A stretch of 64,000 nt of DNA, from the NCBI GenBank assembly GCA_964228805.1, contig CAXRBE010000121.1:4889-68888 (forward strand), written 5' to 3'. The stretch comes from Burkholderiaceae bacterium (lineage in GTDB: Bacteria > Pseudomonadota > Gammaproteobacteria > Burkholderiales > Burkholderiaceae_C). Below, piece by piece: positions 48,964 to 58,833 of this stretch. The translations under genes and the position numbers were made by a program. Each line of letters opens with the position of its first letter. The first letter of the stretch is position 1. The notes under the pieces were generated by a model that was given only the letters and a program-made list of their open reading frames with translations, was not told where the DNA came from and ran no database searches.

Positions 48964-51117
48964 GTGGAAATCTCGTTCAGCCATGAAATTGAGTCCCTGA
49001 AATTCGGTCAGGGCCAGACCTTCCATGGCGAGGGCATCCTGGCCATCACCAAGGCCCTGTTGCAGTCGGGCGTGGCCTATGTCGGGGGCTACCAGGGGGC
49101 GCCGGTGTCGCACTTGCTCGATGTGATGGTCCAGGCCAAGCCCTACCTCGACCAGCTTGGAGTGCATGTGGAGGCCTGTGCCAATGAGGCCTCGGCGGCG
49201 GCCATGCTGGGCGCGTCCATCCACTACCCCTTGCGTGGCGCGGTCACCTGGAAGTCAATTGTCGGCACCAATGTGGCGGCCGACGCCTTGAGCAATCTGT
49301 CCTCCCCCGGGGTCAAGGGGGGCGTGCTGATTGTGGTGGGCGAAGACTATGGCGAGGGTGCCAGCGTGATCCAGGAGCGCACCCATGCCTATGCGCTCAA
49401 GTCGGGCATGGTGCTGCTTGATCCTCGACCTGAGCTGCAACGCATGGTGGAACTGGTTGAACACGGCTTTGCCTTGTCTGAGGCTTCGAATATGCCCGCC
49501 ATCCTGGAGCTGCGCATCCGTGCCTGCCATGTGCGCGGCAGTTTTGCGGCGCGTGACAACCAGCCGCCAAAGATCTCCACCCGCCGCCTGCTGGAAGACC
49601 CAGCGGCTTTTGACTACGAGCGCCTGGCCCATCCGCCGGTGACCTTCCGCCACGAAAAACTCAAGGGCGAGCAGCGCATCCCGGCTGCGCGCGCCTACAT
49701 CCGCGAGCACCAGCTCAACGAGCTGTTCCCTGGCAAGCACAGCGAACTGGGTATCGTGGTGCAAGGCGGCCTCTACAACACGCTCATCCGCACCCTGCAG
49801 CAATTTGGCCTGGCCGATGCCTTTGGCAATTCCGACATTCCCTTGCTGGTGCTCAATGTCACCTGCCCACTGGTGCCCGAGGAACTGACCGCTTTCTGCC
49901 TGGGCAAGCGCGCAGTGCTGATGATGGAGGAGGGCCAGCCCGAATACATCGAACAAGAACTCGCCACCCTGCTGCGCCGCGCTGACATTCAGACACCCCT
50001 GCATGGCAAGGACATGTTGCAGCAGGCGGGAGAATATTCGGCCGAGGTGATGGCCAGCGGCCTGGAGAAATTTCTGCGCCAGTACAGAATCGAGCTGCTG
50101 TCGCAATCTGTGCCGCAGTGGCTGGCTGGCAACCGCGAGCGACGCACCGCGATTGCCCAGGAGCTGGGCCAGGCGCTGCCGGCGCGACCGCCCGGTATGT
50201 GCATCGGCTGCCCCGAGCGGCCGGTGTTTGCCGCCCTCAAGCTGGCCCAGCAGACGGTCGGTCCGGTGCATGTGGCGGCCGATATCGGCTGCCATGCGCT
50301 GGCCACCTTCGAGCCATTTTCCTTCGGCCACTCCATCCTTGGTTACGGCATGAGCCTGGCCAGCCGAGCCGGCGTCTCGCCAGTGATGAACCGTCGCGTG
50401 CTCTCGGTCATGGGCGACGGCGGCTTCTGGCACAACGGCCTGCTTACCGGTGTGCAAAGTGCGCTGTTCAACGGCGACGATGCGGTGTTGCTAATTTTCA
50501 AAAACGGCTACACCTCTGCTACCGGCACCCAGGACATCATCTCCACCCCAGATGAGGCCGCCAAGGACCTTGCCAGCGACAAGCGCGCAAGCGTGGTGCA
50601 CACCAACCAGACCATAGAGCGCACACTCAAGGGCTTGGGCGTGAAATGGCTGCACACCGTGACCACCTACGATGTCGAGAATGTGCGTCAGACCCTGGTC
50701 AAGGCCATGACATCTGATTTCAATGGTCTCAAGGTGATCGTGGCCGAAGGTGAGTGCCAGCTCGAGCGCCAGCGCCGCATCAGGCCCTGGCTGGCTGGCC
50801 TGCTGCAGCGCGGCAAGCGGGTCGAGCGGGTGAAATACGGGGTAGATGAGGATGTCTGCACAGGCGACCATGCCTGCATCCGCCTCTCGGGTTGCCCCAC
50901 ACTCACACTGAAGGACAATCCCGACCCACTCAAGGTCGACCCGGTGGCTACGGTGATCGATGGCTGCGTGGGCTGCGGCCTGTGCGGCGCCAATGCGCAC
51001 GCCGCCACCCTGTGCCCATCCTTCTACCGCGCCGAAGTGGTGCAAAACCCCAAGTGGCATGAGCGGCTTCTGTCCAGGTTGCGCCAGCGCTTCATGAACA
51101 GGTTGCAGCTGGCATGA
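48964..51117 (+). CDS. Indolepyruvate:ferredoxin oxidoreductase-like alpha subunit (TPP and Fe-S)
   Basis: GYQGAP, RPPGMCIGCPER, DIGCH, MGDGGFWHNG, and ferredoxin-type CTGDHAC / CVGCGLC motifs. Confidence 0.85.
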   Translation: MEISFSHEIESLKFGQGQTFHGEGILAITKALLQSGVAYVGGYQGAPVSHLLDVMVQAKPYLDQLGVHVEACANEASAAAMLGASIHYPLRGAVTWKSIVGTNVAADALSNLSSPGVKGGVLIVVGEDYGEGASVIQERTHAYALKSGMVLLDPRPELQRMVELVEHGFALSEASNMPAILELRIRACHVRGSFAARDNQPPKISTRRLLEDPAAFDYERLAHPPVTFRHEKLKGEQRIPAARAYIREHQLNELFPGKHSELGIVVQGGLYNTLIRTLQQFGLADAFGNSDIPLLVLNVTCPLVPEELTAFCLGKRAVLMMEEGQPEYIEQELATLLRRADIQTPLHGKDMLQQAGEYSAEVMASGLEKFLRQYRIELLSQSVPQWLAGNRERRTAIAQELGQALPARPPGMCIGCPERPVFAALKLAQQTVGPVHVAADIGCHALATFEPFSFGHSILGYGMSLASRAGVSPVMNRRVLSVMGDGGFWHNGLLTGVQSALFNGDDAVLLIFKNGYTSATGTQDIISTPDEAAKDLASDKRASVVHTNQTIERTLKGLGVKWLHTVTTYDVENVRQTLVKAMTSDFNGLKVIVAEGECQLERQRRIRPWLAGLLQRGKRVERVKYGVDEDVCTGDHACIRLSGCPTLTLKDNPDPLKVDPVATVIDGCVGCGLCGANAHAATLCPSFYRAEVVQNPKWHERLLSRLRQRFMNRLQLA

Positions 51118-52703
51118 AGCAACAACCCATTTCTCTCCTGCTGTGTGCGCTGGGCGGCGAAGGCGGTGGGGTGTTGACCGAATGGCTGGTCCAGGTTGCG
51201 CGCCATGCCGGCTATCCGGTGCAGGCCACCTCCATACCCGGCGTGGCACAACGTACCGGCGCCACTACCTACTACCTGGAAGTCTTTCCTGTGCTGCAGT
51301 CCGAGTTGGGAGCGCAGCGCCCGGTGCTGGGCCTGTACCCGGTGCCTGGAAGGCTTGATGCGCTGGTCTCCAGCGAATTGCTGGAGACTGTGCGCCAGAT
51401 CGGCCTGGGCCATGCCAGCGCTGAGCGCACCCTGGTGCTCAGTTCTTCTGCCCGTGCACTGACCACCCAGGAAAAGATGCAGATGGCCGATGGCCGGCGC
51501 GATGCGCAGCAGCTGATGCAGCTGATTGCCCGCCACAGCCGGCTCCATCATGTGCTTGACATGGCTGACCTGACGCGCCAGGCAGGCACGGTGGTCAGCG
51601 CCGTCATGCTCGGCTGCATTGCTGCCAGCGGCCTGCTGCCCATGCCACGGGCTGCCTACCGTAGCATTCTCACTGACAGCGGTGCTGGCGCCCAAGCCAG
51701 CTTGCGTGGCTTTGACCTGGGCTTTGCCGCCATCGAGCAGCAGCGTACCCAGGCCCGCTATGTCGAGGGTATCCTGGGCCAGGCATCTCCGGCGGCAAAG
51801 GCAGTGTTCCCAGCGCCGTTCGTTTCGCTGTTTCCAGAAGAGCTCCATGAGCTGATTGCCCTGGGTTATGAACGCCTGGTCGATTACCAGGACACCCGCT
51901 ATGCCAAACGCTATATGGAGCGGCTGTCCGAGGTGCATCGGGCTGAGCGCGCGATTGACCCGCAGCGCGAACATGGCTGGGCCATCACCCGCGAGGTGGC
52001 ACGCTGGCTGGCGCTGTGGATGGCGTTTGATGACATTGTTCGTGTGGCCGACCTCAAAAGCCGGGCCAGCCGCATGCAGCGTGTGCGTGCTGAGGTCAAG
52101 GCCGGCGCGGGCGATCTGCTCAAGCTCTACGACCACTTCAAGCCCGGCGTGCCCGAGTTTGCCGCCCTATTACCCGGCTTGCTGGCAAGACCATTGCTGG
52201 CCTGGGACCAGCGGCGAAAGGCCAAGGGCAAGACAGCTCTGGCCCTGCCCCTGAAGGTTGGCACCCATACCATCTCCGGCATGCTGATGCTGCGAGGCCT
52301 GGCCGCTCTCAAGGGCATGCGGCCCAAGGGTAGCCGTTTTGCCACCGAGCAGACGCTGATCGATGAGTGGCTGGCCTCGGTCATTCGGCTTAGCAGCTTG
52401 CATTGGCAAAGCGGTCACGAGCTCGCCCAATGCGGCCGCCTGATCAAGGGCTATGGCAGCACCAACGAGCGCGGCAAGGAAAACCTGCTGCATGTGCTGC
52501 GCCATCTCTCTGTGGCCTTGCATTTCGTCGACCACCATGAGCGGGCCCAGGCGATTGCTGCGGCGCGCCAGGCGGCGCTGGCCGACGAGAGTGGCACGGC
52601 GCTTGATCGCACCCTGCAGCAGCTTGGCGTGCCGGCCCGTCCAATCAAGGAGCAGCCGATCCGCTGGGTGCGAAAACGCCCTAGGGCAACGGGTAGTGCC
52701 TGA
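51114..52703 (+). CDS. Indolepyruvate oxidoreductase-like beta subunit with C-terminal extension
   Basis: ALGGEGGGVL, GVAQRTGAT, RLVDYQD and RLIKGYG motifs; ATGA overlap with the alpha subunit. Confidence 0.83.
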   Translation: MKQQPISLLLCALGGEGGGVLTEWLVQVARHAGYPVQATSIPGVAQRTGATTYYLEVFPVLQSELGAQRPVLGLYPVPGRLDALVSSELLETVRQIGLGHASAERTLVLSSSARALTTQEKMQMADGRRDAQQLMQLIARHSRLHHVLDMADLTRQAGTVVSAVMLGCIAASGLLPMPRAAYRSILTDSGAGAQASLRGFDLGFAAIEQQRTQARYVEGILGQASPAAKAVFPAPFVSLFPEELHELIALGYERLVDYQDTRYAKRYMERLSEVHRAERAIDPQREHGWAITREVARWLALWMAFDDIVRVADLKSRASRMQRVRAEVKAGAGDLLKLYDHFKPGVPEFAALLPGLLARPLLAWDQRRKAKGKTALALPLKVGTHTISGMLMLRGLAALKGMRPKGSRFATEQTLIDEWLASVIRLSSLHWQSGHELAQCGRLIKGYGSTNERGKENLLHVLRHLSVALHFVDHHERAQAIAAARQAALADESGTALDRTLQQLGVPARPIKEQPIRWVRKRPRATGSA

Positions 52704-52775
52704 GCTGGCCAGGACATGATACAAATAGGCACCCCAGATCGTGATTCATCACATTTAAATGAGGAGACCCCTGAT

Positions 52776-53807
52776 ATGACCCCCAAACTCAAGACCCTAA
52801 TTTCCGCCTGCGCGGCTAGTTTGATGTTGCTGAATGCCCCTGCCCAGGCGCAAGACAAACCGGTGCAGTTTCGCTTCTCCAGCTGGGTGCCTGCCCAGCA
52901 TGCTCTGAACCCAGCGCTGATTGCATGGGGTGAGAGCCTGAAAAAAGCCTCGGGTGGCACCATCTCGTCCACCATGTTCCCGGCCCAGCAACTGGGCAAG
53001 GCGTTTGACCACTATGACATGGCACGCGATGGCATCGCTGATTTCACTTATGTCAACCCTGGTTATCAGCCGGGTCGCTTCCCGATCTTTGCCGCTGCCT
53101 CCTTGCCTTTCATGTTTTCCAACGGCAAATCGGGTTCTGCGGCCATTGATGCCTGGTACCGCAGCTATGCCGCCACCGAGATGAAGGATGTCAAGTTCTG
53201 CTTTGCCTTTGTCCATGACCCCGGCACTTTCCACTCGCGCAAGAAGATTGTTCTGCCCAGCGATGTCAAGGGCATGAAAGTTCGCCCAGCCACCGACACG
53301 ATTGGGCAGATGATCACCCTGCTCGGCGGCACCAATGTCCAGTCCTCAGCGCCCGAGGTGCGCGAAATCATCGAGCGTGGCGTGGCCGAGGCGGTCACCT
53401 TTCCCTGGGGATCTATTCCCTTGTTCGGGATTGACAAGGTGGTGAGCTACCACATGGATGTGCCCTTGTATGTGACACCGTTTGTCTGGGTCATGAATTT
53501 GGCCAAGTACAACGCCTTGGCACCAGCGCAAAAGAAGGTGGTGGACGAGCACTGCACCACCGAGTGGGCAGAGAAGGTTGCTGCCAGCTGGGCCGATTTT
53601 GAATTTGGCGGTCATGCCAAGTTGGCCGCAATGCCCGGGCACGAGGTGTACAAGCTGACACCTGAGCAGCTTGCCGCATGGCGCAAGGCGGTGGCTCCGA
53701 TGGAGGCGCGTTGGATGCAAGAACTCAAGGCCAAATCTGGTCAGGATGGCAAGCAGGTGCTTGATGGTCTGAAGCAGCAACTCGTCAAGTACAAGGCTGC
53801 CTTGTAA
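52776..53807 (+). CDS. TRAP transporter substrate-binding protein (DctP)
   Basis: Signal peptide; FPAQQLGKA, DGIAD and GMKVR motifs; GAGGAG RBS. Confidence 0.9.
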   Translation: MTPKLKTLISACAASLMLLNAPAQAQDKPVQFRFSSWVPAQHALNPALIAWGESLKKASGGTISSTMFPAQQLGKAFDHYDMARDGIADFTYVNPGYQPGRFPIFAAASLPFMFSNGKSGSAAIDAWYRSYAATEMKDVKFCFAFVHDPGTFHSRKKIVLPSDVKGMKVRPATDTIGQMITLLGGTNVQSSAPEVREIIERGVAEAVTFPWGSIPLFGIDKVVSYHMDVPLYVTPFVWVMNLAKYNALAPAQKKVVDEHCTTEWAEKVAASWADFEFGGHAKLAAMPGHEVYKLTPEQLAAWRKAVAPMEARWMQELKAKSGQDGKQVLDGLKQQLVKYKAAL

Positions 53808-53876
53808 TTTCTGCAATCGGGCGCTGAACCCCACGGTTTGGCGCCCCTCTTTCAATCCCAGGATACGGTGCTTGGC

Positions 53877-54389
53877 GTGAAACGCAATGCAATGGATCGT
53901 GTCATTGACACGATCGAGTGGCTGGCGGCCATCTTTGTGGGCATTGTGGCACTCAATATTTTTGTGGCCGTCATCCTGCGCAAATTTTTCAGTACCTCCA
54001 TTCCCGATGCCTATGATTTTGGCTCGCTGATGCTGGGCGTCCTGATCTTCTGGGGCATTGCTGCCACCAGCTACCGCGGCACCCACATCACCGTCGATCT
54101 GCTCTGGAGTGCGGGCAGCCAGCGCACCAAGCGCTATATCGATATTTTTGCCACCCTGGTGCTGTTGTTTGTCGTCGTGGTGCAGACCTACACCCTGCTA
54201 GATAAGGTCTTGCAAACCTACCGGGACAACGTTCTCACCTATGACCTGCACCTGCCGGTCTGGCCTTTTTTTGCGGTGGCCTGGCTGGGCGATATTGCCG
54301 CCGTGTTGCTGATTTCGGTGCGTACTTGGCGCCTGGTGTTCCAGCCTGAGCGCGTGCAGGAGCACCCCTTGGAACACACCAGCGAATGA
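53877..54389 (+). CDS. TRAP transporter small permease (DctQ)
   Basis: Four TM segments; HITVDL motif; start uncertain (GTG 53877 or ATG 53892). Confidence 0.85.
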   Translation: MKRNAMDRVIDTIEWLAAIFVGIVALNIFVAVILRKFFSTSIPDAYDFGSLMLGVLIFWGIAATSYRGTHITVDLLWSAGSQRTKRYIDIFATLVLLFVVVVQTYTLLDKVLQTYRDNVLTYDLHLPVWPFFAVAWLGDIAAVLLISVRTWRLVFQPERVQEHPLEHTSE

Positions 54390-54399
54390 AAGCCCAGCC

Positions 54400-55701
54400 T
54401 TGAATACAGATCTGGTTGCAGTGATCGGCTTTGTCACGCTGTTCGTGCTGATGGTGCTGCGCGTTCCTGTTGGCATGGCCATGGGCCTGGTCGGCGTCAC
54501 TGGCTATGGCTATATCGTCGGCATGGAGCCGGCGCTCAAGATGGTCGGGCAGACCACCATGCGCACTGTCACCGATTCGGGATTTAGCGTGATACCCATG
54601 TTCATGCTGATGGGCGCCTTTGTCTCGGTCTCCGGTGTCAGTCGTGAGCTGTTTCGCGCTGCCAATGCCTTTCTTGGGCATCTGCGTGGTGGCCTGGGTG
54701 TGGCTACGGTTATGGCCTGCGGCGGCTTTGCGGCCATTTGCGGCTCCTCAGTGGCGACTGCGGCTACCTTCTCCAAAGTGGCATATCCGGAAATGCGCCA
54801 CTACAACTATCCCAAGTCCTTTGCCACCGGTGTCATTGCGGCTGGCGGCACGCTGGGTATCATGATCCCGCCCTCCACGGTGCTGGCGGTCTATGCCATC
54901 CTCACCCAGCAGGACATCGGCAAATTATTCATGGCGGGTATTGGCCCTGGCCTGCTGGCGATCTTGCTCTATATCCTGACCATTGTCCTGATTGTGCTGA
55001 TCAAGCCTGGCTTTCTGCCCGCTGGCGAGCGCAAGACCCGCCAAGAGCGGCTGGCCAGCCTGAAGGATGTGTGGGCGCCACTGGCCCTCTTTTTCTTTGT
55101 GATCGGTGGCCTGTACGGTGGCCTTTTCACGCCCTCCGAGGCGGGCGGCATGGGCGCGGTGGGCGCCTTCCTGCTGGGCGTGGTGCGCTTGCGCCTGAGC
55201 TTGGCGCAAATCCGCGATGCCTTGCTCGAGGCCACGCGCACTTCAGCGGCAGTGTTCACTGTGTTGATCGGCGCCCTCTTGTTTGGGTATTTCCTCACCA
55301 TCACCCAAACGCCGCAAAAAGTGACGGAATTTCTCACTGGCCTGGGCTGGAGCCGCTACGCCCTGCTGGCCATCATCATGGCGATGTACCTGGTGCTGGG
55401 TTGCCTGATGGACGCCATGGCCATGATTATCCTGACCGTCCCGATCATCTATCCATTGATTCTGCAGCTGGGCTTTGATCCGATCTGGTTTGGTGTGATC
55501 GTTGTCATGACTGTGGAGCTCGGGCTGATTCACCCGCCAGTGGGCATGAATGTATTCGTGATCAAGAGTGTGGTGCAGGATGTCAGTTTCACCACTATTT
55601 TTCGAGGCGTGATTCCCTTTGTGCTGATGGATCTCGTTCGCCTGGTGATCCTGATTGCCTTCCCGGTGATCGCGTTGTGGTTGCCCTCGCGCATGGGCTG
55701 A
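54400..55701 (+). CDS. TRAP transporter large permease (DctM)
   Basis: GSSVATAA, GTLGIMIPPS, FTPSEA, DPIWFG and HPPVG motifs. Confidence 0.92.
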   Translation: MNTDLVAVIGFVTLFVLMVLRVPVGMAMGLVGVTGYGYIVGMEPALKMVGQTTMRTVTDSGFSVIPMFMLMGAFVSVSGVSRELFRAANAFLGHLRGGLGVATVMACGGFAAICGSSVATAATFSKVAYPEMRHYNYPKSFATGVIAAGGTLGIMIPPSTVLAVYAILTQQDIGKLFMAGIGPGLLAILLYILTIVLIVLIKPGFLPAGERKTRQERLASLKDVWAPLALFFFVIGGLYGGLFTPSEAGGMGAVGAFLLGVVRLRLSLAQIRDALLEATRTSAAVFTVLIGALLFGYFLTITQTPQKVTEFLTGLGWSRYALLAIIMAMYLVLGCLMDAMAMIILTVPIIYPLILQLGFDPIWFGVIVVMTVELGLIHPPVGMNVFVIKSVVQDVSFTTIFRGVIPFVLMDLVRLVILIAFPVIALWLPSRMG

Positions 55702-55718
55702 GGACGGCGCTTGCTGTC

Positions 55719-56351
55719 TTACATGCCAGCGACCGAGCGCAGGCCGCCGGGGTCATCCACTTGCAATACCCGGCCGGTGCCGCTGATCAGGCTGCGCTCG
55801 CGCAGGTGACGCAGCACGCGTGACAGGGTCTCGGGCGCGATGCCCAGTTGCGCCGCAATCAGTCGCTTGCGCTGATGCAGCGGTACAGCCAGCTTACCGG
55901 CCTCGCCGCGCTCGGCATGGCGCAGCAGCCACTCGGCACAACGCGCCTCGGCATCCAGAGCCAGGCGGCTAACAGCCAGTTCGGTTTGCTGACGGTGCGC
56001 CCGAGCCACATCGTGCAGCACACTGTAGGCATCAGGTGGCACAGCTGCGATGGTCTGGCGAAAGCGGCCCATCGGCAGGTGGCGCAACACCACCTCGCTC
56101 TCGGCCACCGCATCGACCACATTGCTCAACTCAAGCACCGCGCTGCTGGCTTCGAGCCAGGCGGGGCCTTCCACCATGCCCAGTTGATGCGCGAGCGAAT
56201 TTTTGTTGAGCACCCCAAGCGCCACCCGCCCCGACTCGATATAGATCACCGAAATCGAGGAGTGGCCACGCCGCAATAGCACGGTGCCAGCCGGCACCAT
56301 GCGTTGCTCAGTCACGGGAGAAGCGAAAGCCGCCGCACGCATAAGCGGCAC
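55719..56351 (-). CDS. Crp/Fnr family transcriptional regulator
   Basis: cNMP-like N-terminal domain; HTH IAAQLGIAPETLSRVL. Confidence 0.85.
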   Translation of the reverse strand: MPLMRAAAFASPVTEQRMVPAGTVLLRRGHSSISVIYIESGRVALGVLNKNSLAHQLGMVEGPAWLEASSAVLELSNVVDAVAESEVVLRHLPMGRFRQTIAAVPPDAYSVLHDVARAHRQQTELAVSRLALDAEARCAEWLLRHAERGEAGKLAVPLHQRKRLIAAQLGIAPETLSRVLRHLRERSLISGTGRVLQVDDPGGLRSVAGM

Positions 56352-56415
56352 TTTGCTACCGAGCCAAGTCGCCTGCCTTGAGGCAAATCAAACATCTGGC
56401 CCGAAATGGCGGCTG

Positions 56416-57741
56416 CTAGAGAATCAGCAGGGCCCGAAAGTCGTTCACATTGGTGAATGTTGGGCCAGTGACCACCAGATCTCCCAAAGGCTGAAAGAAG
56501 CCAAAGGCATCGTTGCGCTCAAGGTATTGGTCGATCTTCATGCTCAGCGCCTGTGCCCGCGCCAGGGTCGCGGGCTCGACCCAGGCGCCGGCATTGCTCT
56601 CCATGCCATCAATGCCATCGGTGTCGGCGGCCAGCGCCCACACGCCGCCCTGGCCTTGCAGGGCCTGGGCCAGCCCCAGGCAAAACTCGCCTGCGCGACC
56701 GCCCTTGCCACGCGTCATCCCGGCAGGCAGGGGGCGGGCAGTGACCGTGGTCTCGCCGCCGCTCAAGATCACGCAGGGCTTGGCAAACGGCTCGCTGCGC
56801 CGGGCCACCGCGCGCGCCAGCGCCGCCTGCACCTTGCCCACCTCACGCGACTCGCCTTCCATCTCGTCACTCAGAATGTAGGCGTTCAGCCCGGCAGCGC
56901 GCGCCGCATCGGCGGCCGCCTCGAGTGATTGTTGTGGGGTGGCAATCATGTGCACCTGATGGCCACTGAAAGACGGGTCGCCCGGCTTGGGGGTTTCCAG
57001 CGTGCCCTGCTCCAGCGCTTTTTGCGGCGGGGCAGGGATGTTGATGCGGTAGCGGCGCAAAATGTCCAGCGCATCGGCGCAGGTGGTGGCATCTGGCACG
57101 GTGGGGCCGCTGGCAATCACCGAGGGGTCATCGCCCGGCACATCGCTGATCGTCAGCGTCAGCACCTGTGCTGGTGCGCAGGCTGCGGCCAGTCGGCCGC
57201 CCTTGATGCGCGAGAGGTGTTTGCGCACACAGTTCATCTCGCCGATATTGGCGCCGCTGAGCAGCAGGTCTTTGTTGATGCGCTGTTTTGCTTCCAGGCT
57301 CAGGCCATCAGTGGGCAGCGTCAGCAGGGCCGAGCCGCCGCCGGAAATCAGGCACAGCACCAGGTCGTCAGCGCTCAGGCCTTGCACCATGGTCAGGATG
57401 CGCTGGGTTGCTTGGAGACCCGCCTGGTCGGGCACCGGGTGTGCCGCTTCCACAATCTCGATGCGCGCGGATGTGCCAGCAGGCTGGGGCGGGGTGTGCT
57501 GATAGCGGGTGATCACCAGTCCCTGCAGTGGCGCTTCGCTCGGCCACAGCGCGTCCACCGCCTGGGCCATGGCACCGCCGGCCTTGCCCGCACCAATCAC
57601 CACCGTGCGGCCCTTGGGCGGCGGCGGCAGGAAGGCAGCGGTGTTGTGCCTGGGCAGGGCGCGGCGCACCGCGGCCTGGTAGAGGTGTTCGAGAAACTGG
57701 CGCGGCTGGCTGCGCGGGTCGGGTGTCTGGGGGCTAGTCAT
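56416..57741 (-). CDS. ttuD: Glycerate 2-kinase (MOFRL/TtuD family)
   Basis: GAGKA, EAAHPVPD, LISGGGSAL, SDVPGDD, SGGETTV, DTDGIDG and TGPTFTNVND motifs. Confidence 0.88.
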   Translation of the reverse strand: MTSPQTPDPRSQPRQFLEHLYQAAVRRALPRHNTAAFLPPPPKGRTVVIGAGKAGGAMAQAVDALWPSEAPLQGLVITRYQHTPPQPAGTSARIEIVEAAHPVPDQAGLQATQRILTMVQGLSADDLVLCLISGGGSALLTLPTDGLSLEAKQRINKDLLLSGANIGEMNCVRKHLSRIKGGRLAAACAPAQVLTLTISDVPGDDPSVIASGPTVPDATTCADALDILRRYRINIPAPPQKALEQGTLETPKPGDPSFSGHQVHMIATPQQSLEAAADAARAAGLNAYILSDEMEGESREVGKVQAALARAVARRSEPFAKPCVILSGGETTVTARPLPAGMTRGKGGRAGEFCLGLAQALQGQGGVWALAADTDGIDGMESNAGAWVEPATLARAQALSMKIDQYLERNDAFGFFQPLGDLVVTGPTFTNVNDFRALLIL

Positions 57742-57783
57742 TCGATATCTCCAACCCTTATTGTGATGCCAGCGGCGAGGCAT

Positions 57784-57812
57784 AAAAAAACGGGCCGACA
57801 AGTCGGCCCGTT
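57784..57812 (-). terminator. Rho-independent terminator after the Bug gene
   Basis: Minus strand AACGGGCCGAC-TT-GTCGGCCCG-TTTTTTT. Confidence 0.8.
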
Positions 57813-57830
57813 GTTGCCATGGGGGAGTAC

Positions 57831-58778
57831 TTATTTCTTGCCTAGGCCCAGCTGCTTGGCACCTTCAGTGTAAAGGGCGGTTTTGTCCTTCATGAAGGCG
57901 TCCATCTGGTCCACACCCACATTGATCAGCTCAAAGCCTGCCTTAGCCGCCAGGGCCTTCATTTCGGGATCGTTATTCAGTGCGGCCCACATGTCGGAAA
58001 TGCGCTTGCGTGCTTCCGGCGGGGTGGACTTGGGTACCCCAATGCCGCGGTAGGCGCCATCGACCCAGTTCACGCCCAGTTCCTTGAAGGTGGGTACATC
58101 TGGCAGCAGCGGATGGCGGTTTTCCATCGCCACCGCCAGCGCTCGTACCCGGCCCTTGTTGGCAATGGCAAACACGGTGTAGGTCATGGCACCATCCACC
58201 TGAGCGCCCAGCACCGCAGTGGACATGTCACCCGTGCCCTTGTAGGGGATGTAATTGGTTTTCACCTTGAAGGCCGCATTCATGCGCTCGTGCGCCGCGT
58301 GGTTGGCCGAGTTCAGGCCCGAGCCGCCCAGATTGAGTGCGCCCGGTTTGGCCTGAGCCGCCTTGACGAAGTCAGCAAAAGTCTTGATGCCACTGGACTC
58401 GGGCACCACCAGGGTGTCGGGCGTGTAGTGGAACCAGAACACCGGGGTGATGTCCTGCGTCTTGTATTGCACTTGCCCTTCAATCGGCTGGAACACGATG
58501 TGCGGCAGGTTGACGCCAACCACATTCAGGCCGTCGCCTGGCAGCTGGTTCATCTGTGTCCACATCAGCGCGCCACCTGCGCCGGCCTTGTACTGGATGA
58601 TGGTGTCGATGCCCGGGCATTTCTTTTTCAACACCACCTGCTGGTGACGCGCCGACAGGTCCGACTCGCCCCCAGGCGGGAAGGCCTGCCAATAAAGCAT
58701 GTTTTTGTCAGGGCAGGCTTGCGCCAGCGCCAGTGGCGCCAGCAGGCTCAAACTTATTGTGGCAATCAGTTTTTTCAT
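57831..58778 (-). CDS. Bug/TctC substrate-binding protein, probably for tartrate or D-malate
   Basis: FPPGGESD, KAGAGG, YIPYKG and PDVPT motifs; directly downstream of tartrate dehydrogenase. Confidence 0.85.
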   Translation of the reverse strand: MKKLIATISLSLLAPLALAQACPDKNMLYWQAFPPGGESDLSARHQQVVLKKKCPGIDTIIQYKAGAGGALMWTQMNQLPGDGLNVVGVNLPHIVFQPIEGQVQYKTQDITPVFWFHYTPDTLVVPESSGIKTFADFVKAAQAKPGALNLGGSGLNSANHAAHERMNAAFKVKTNYIPYKGTGDMSTAVLGAQVDGAMTYTVFAIANKGRVRALAVAMENRHPLLPDVPTFKELGVNWVDGAYRGIGVPKSTPPEARKRISDMWAALNNDPEMKALAAKAGFELINVGVDQMDAFMKDKTALYTEGAKQLGLGKK

Positions 58779-58833
58779 AGTGTCTCCAAGCTGGTTTGAA
58801 AGCATTTGTCGCAATGTTCAGTTTACAGCAGGC

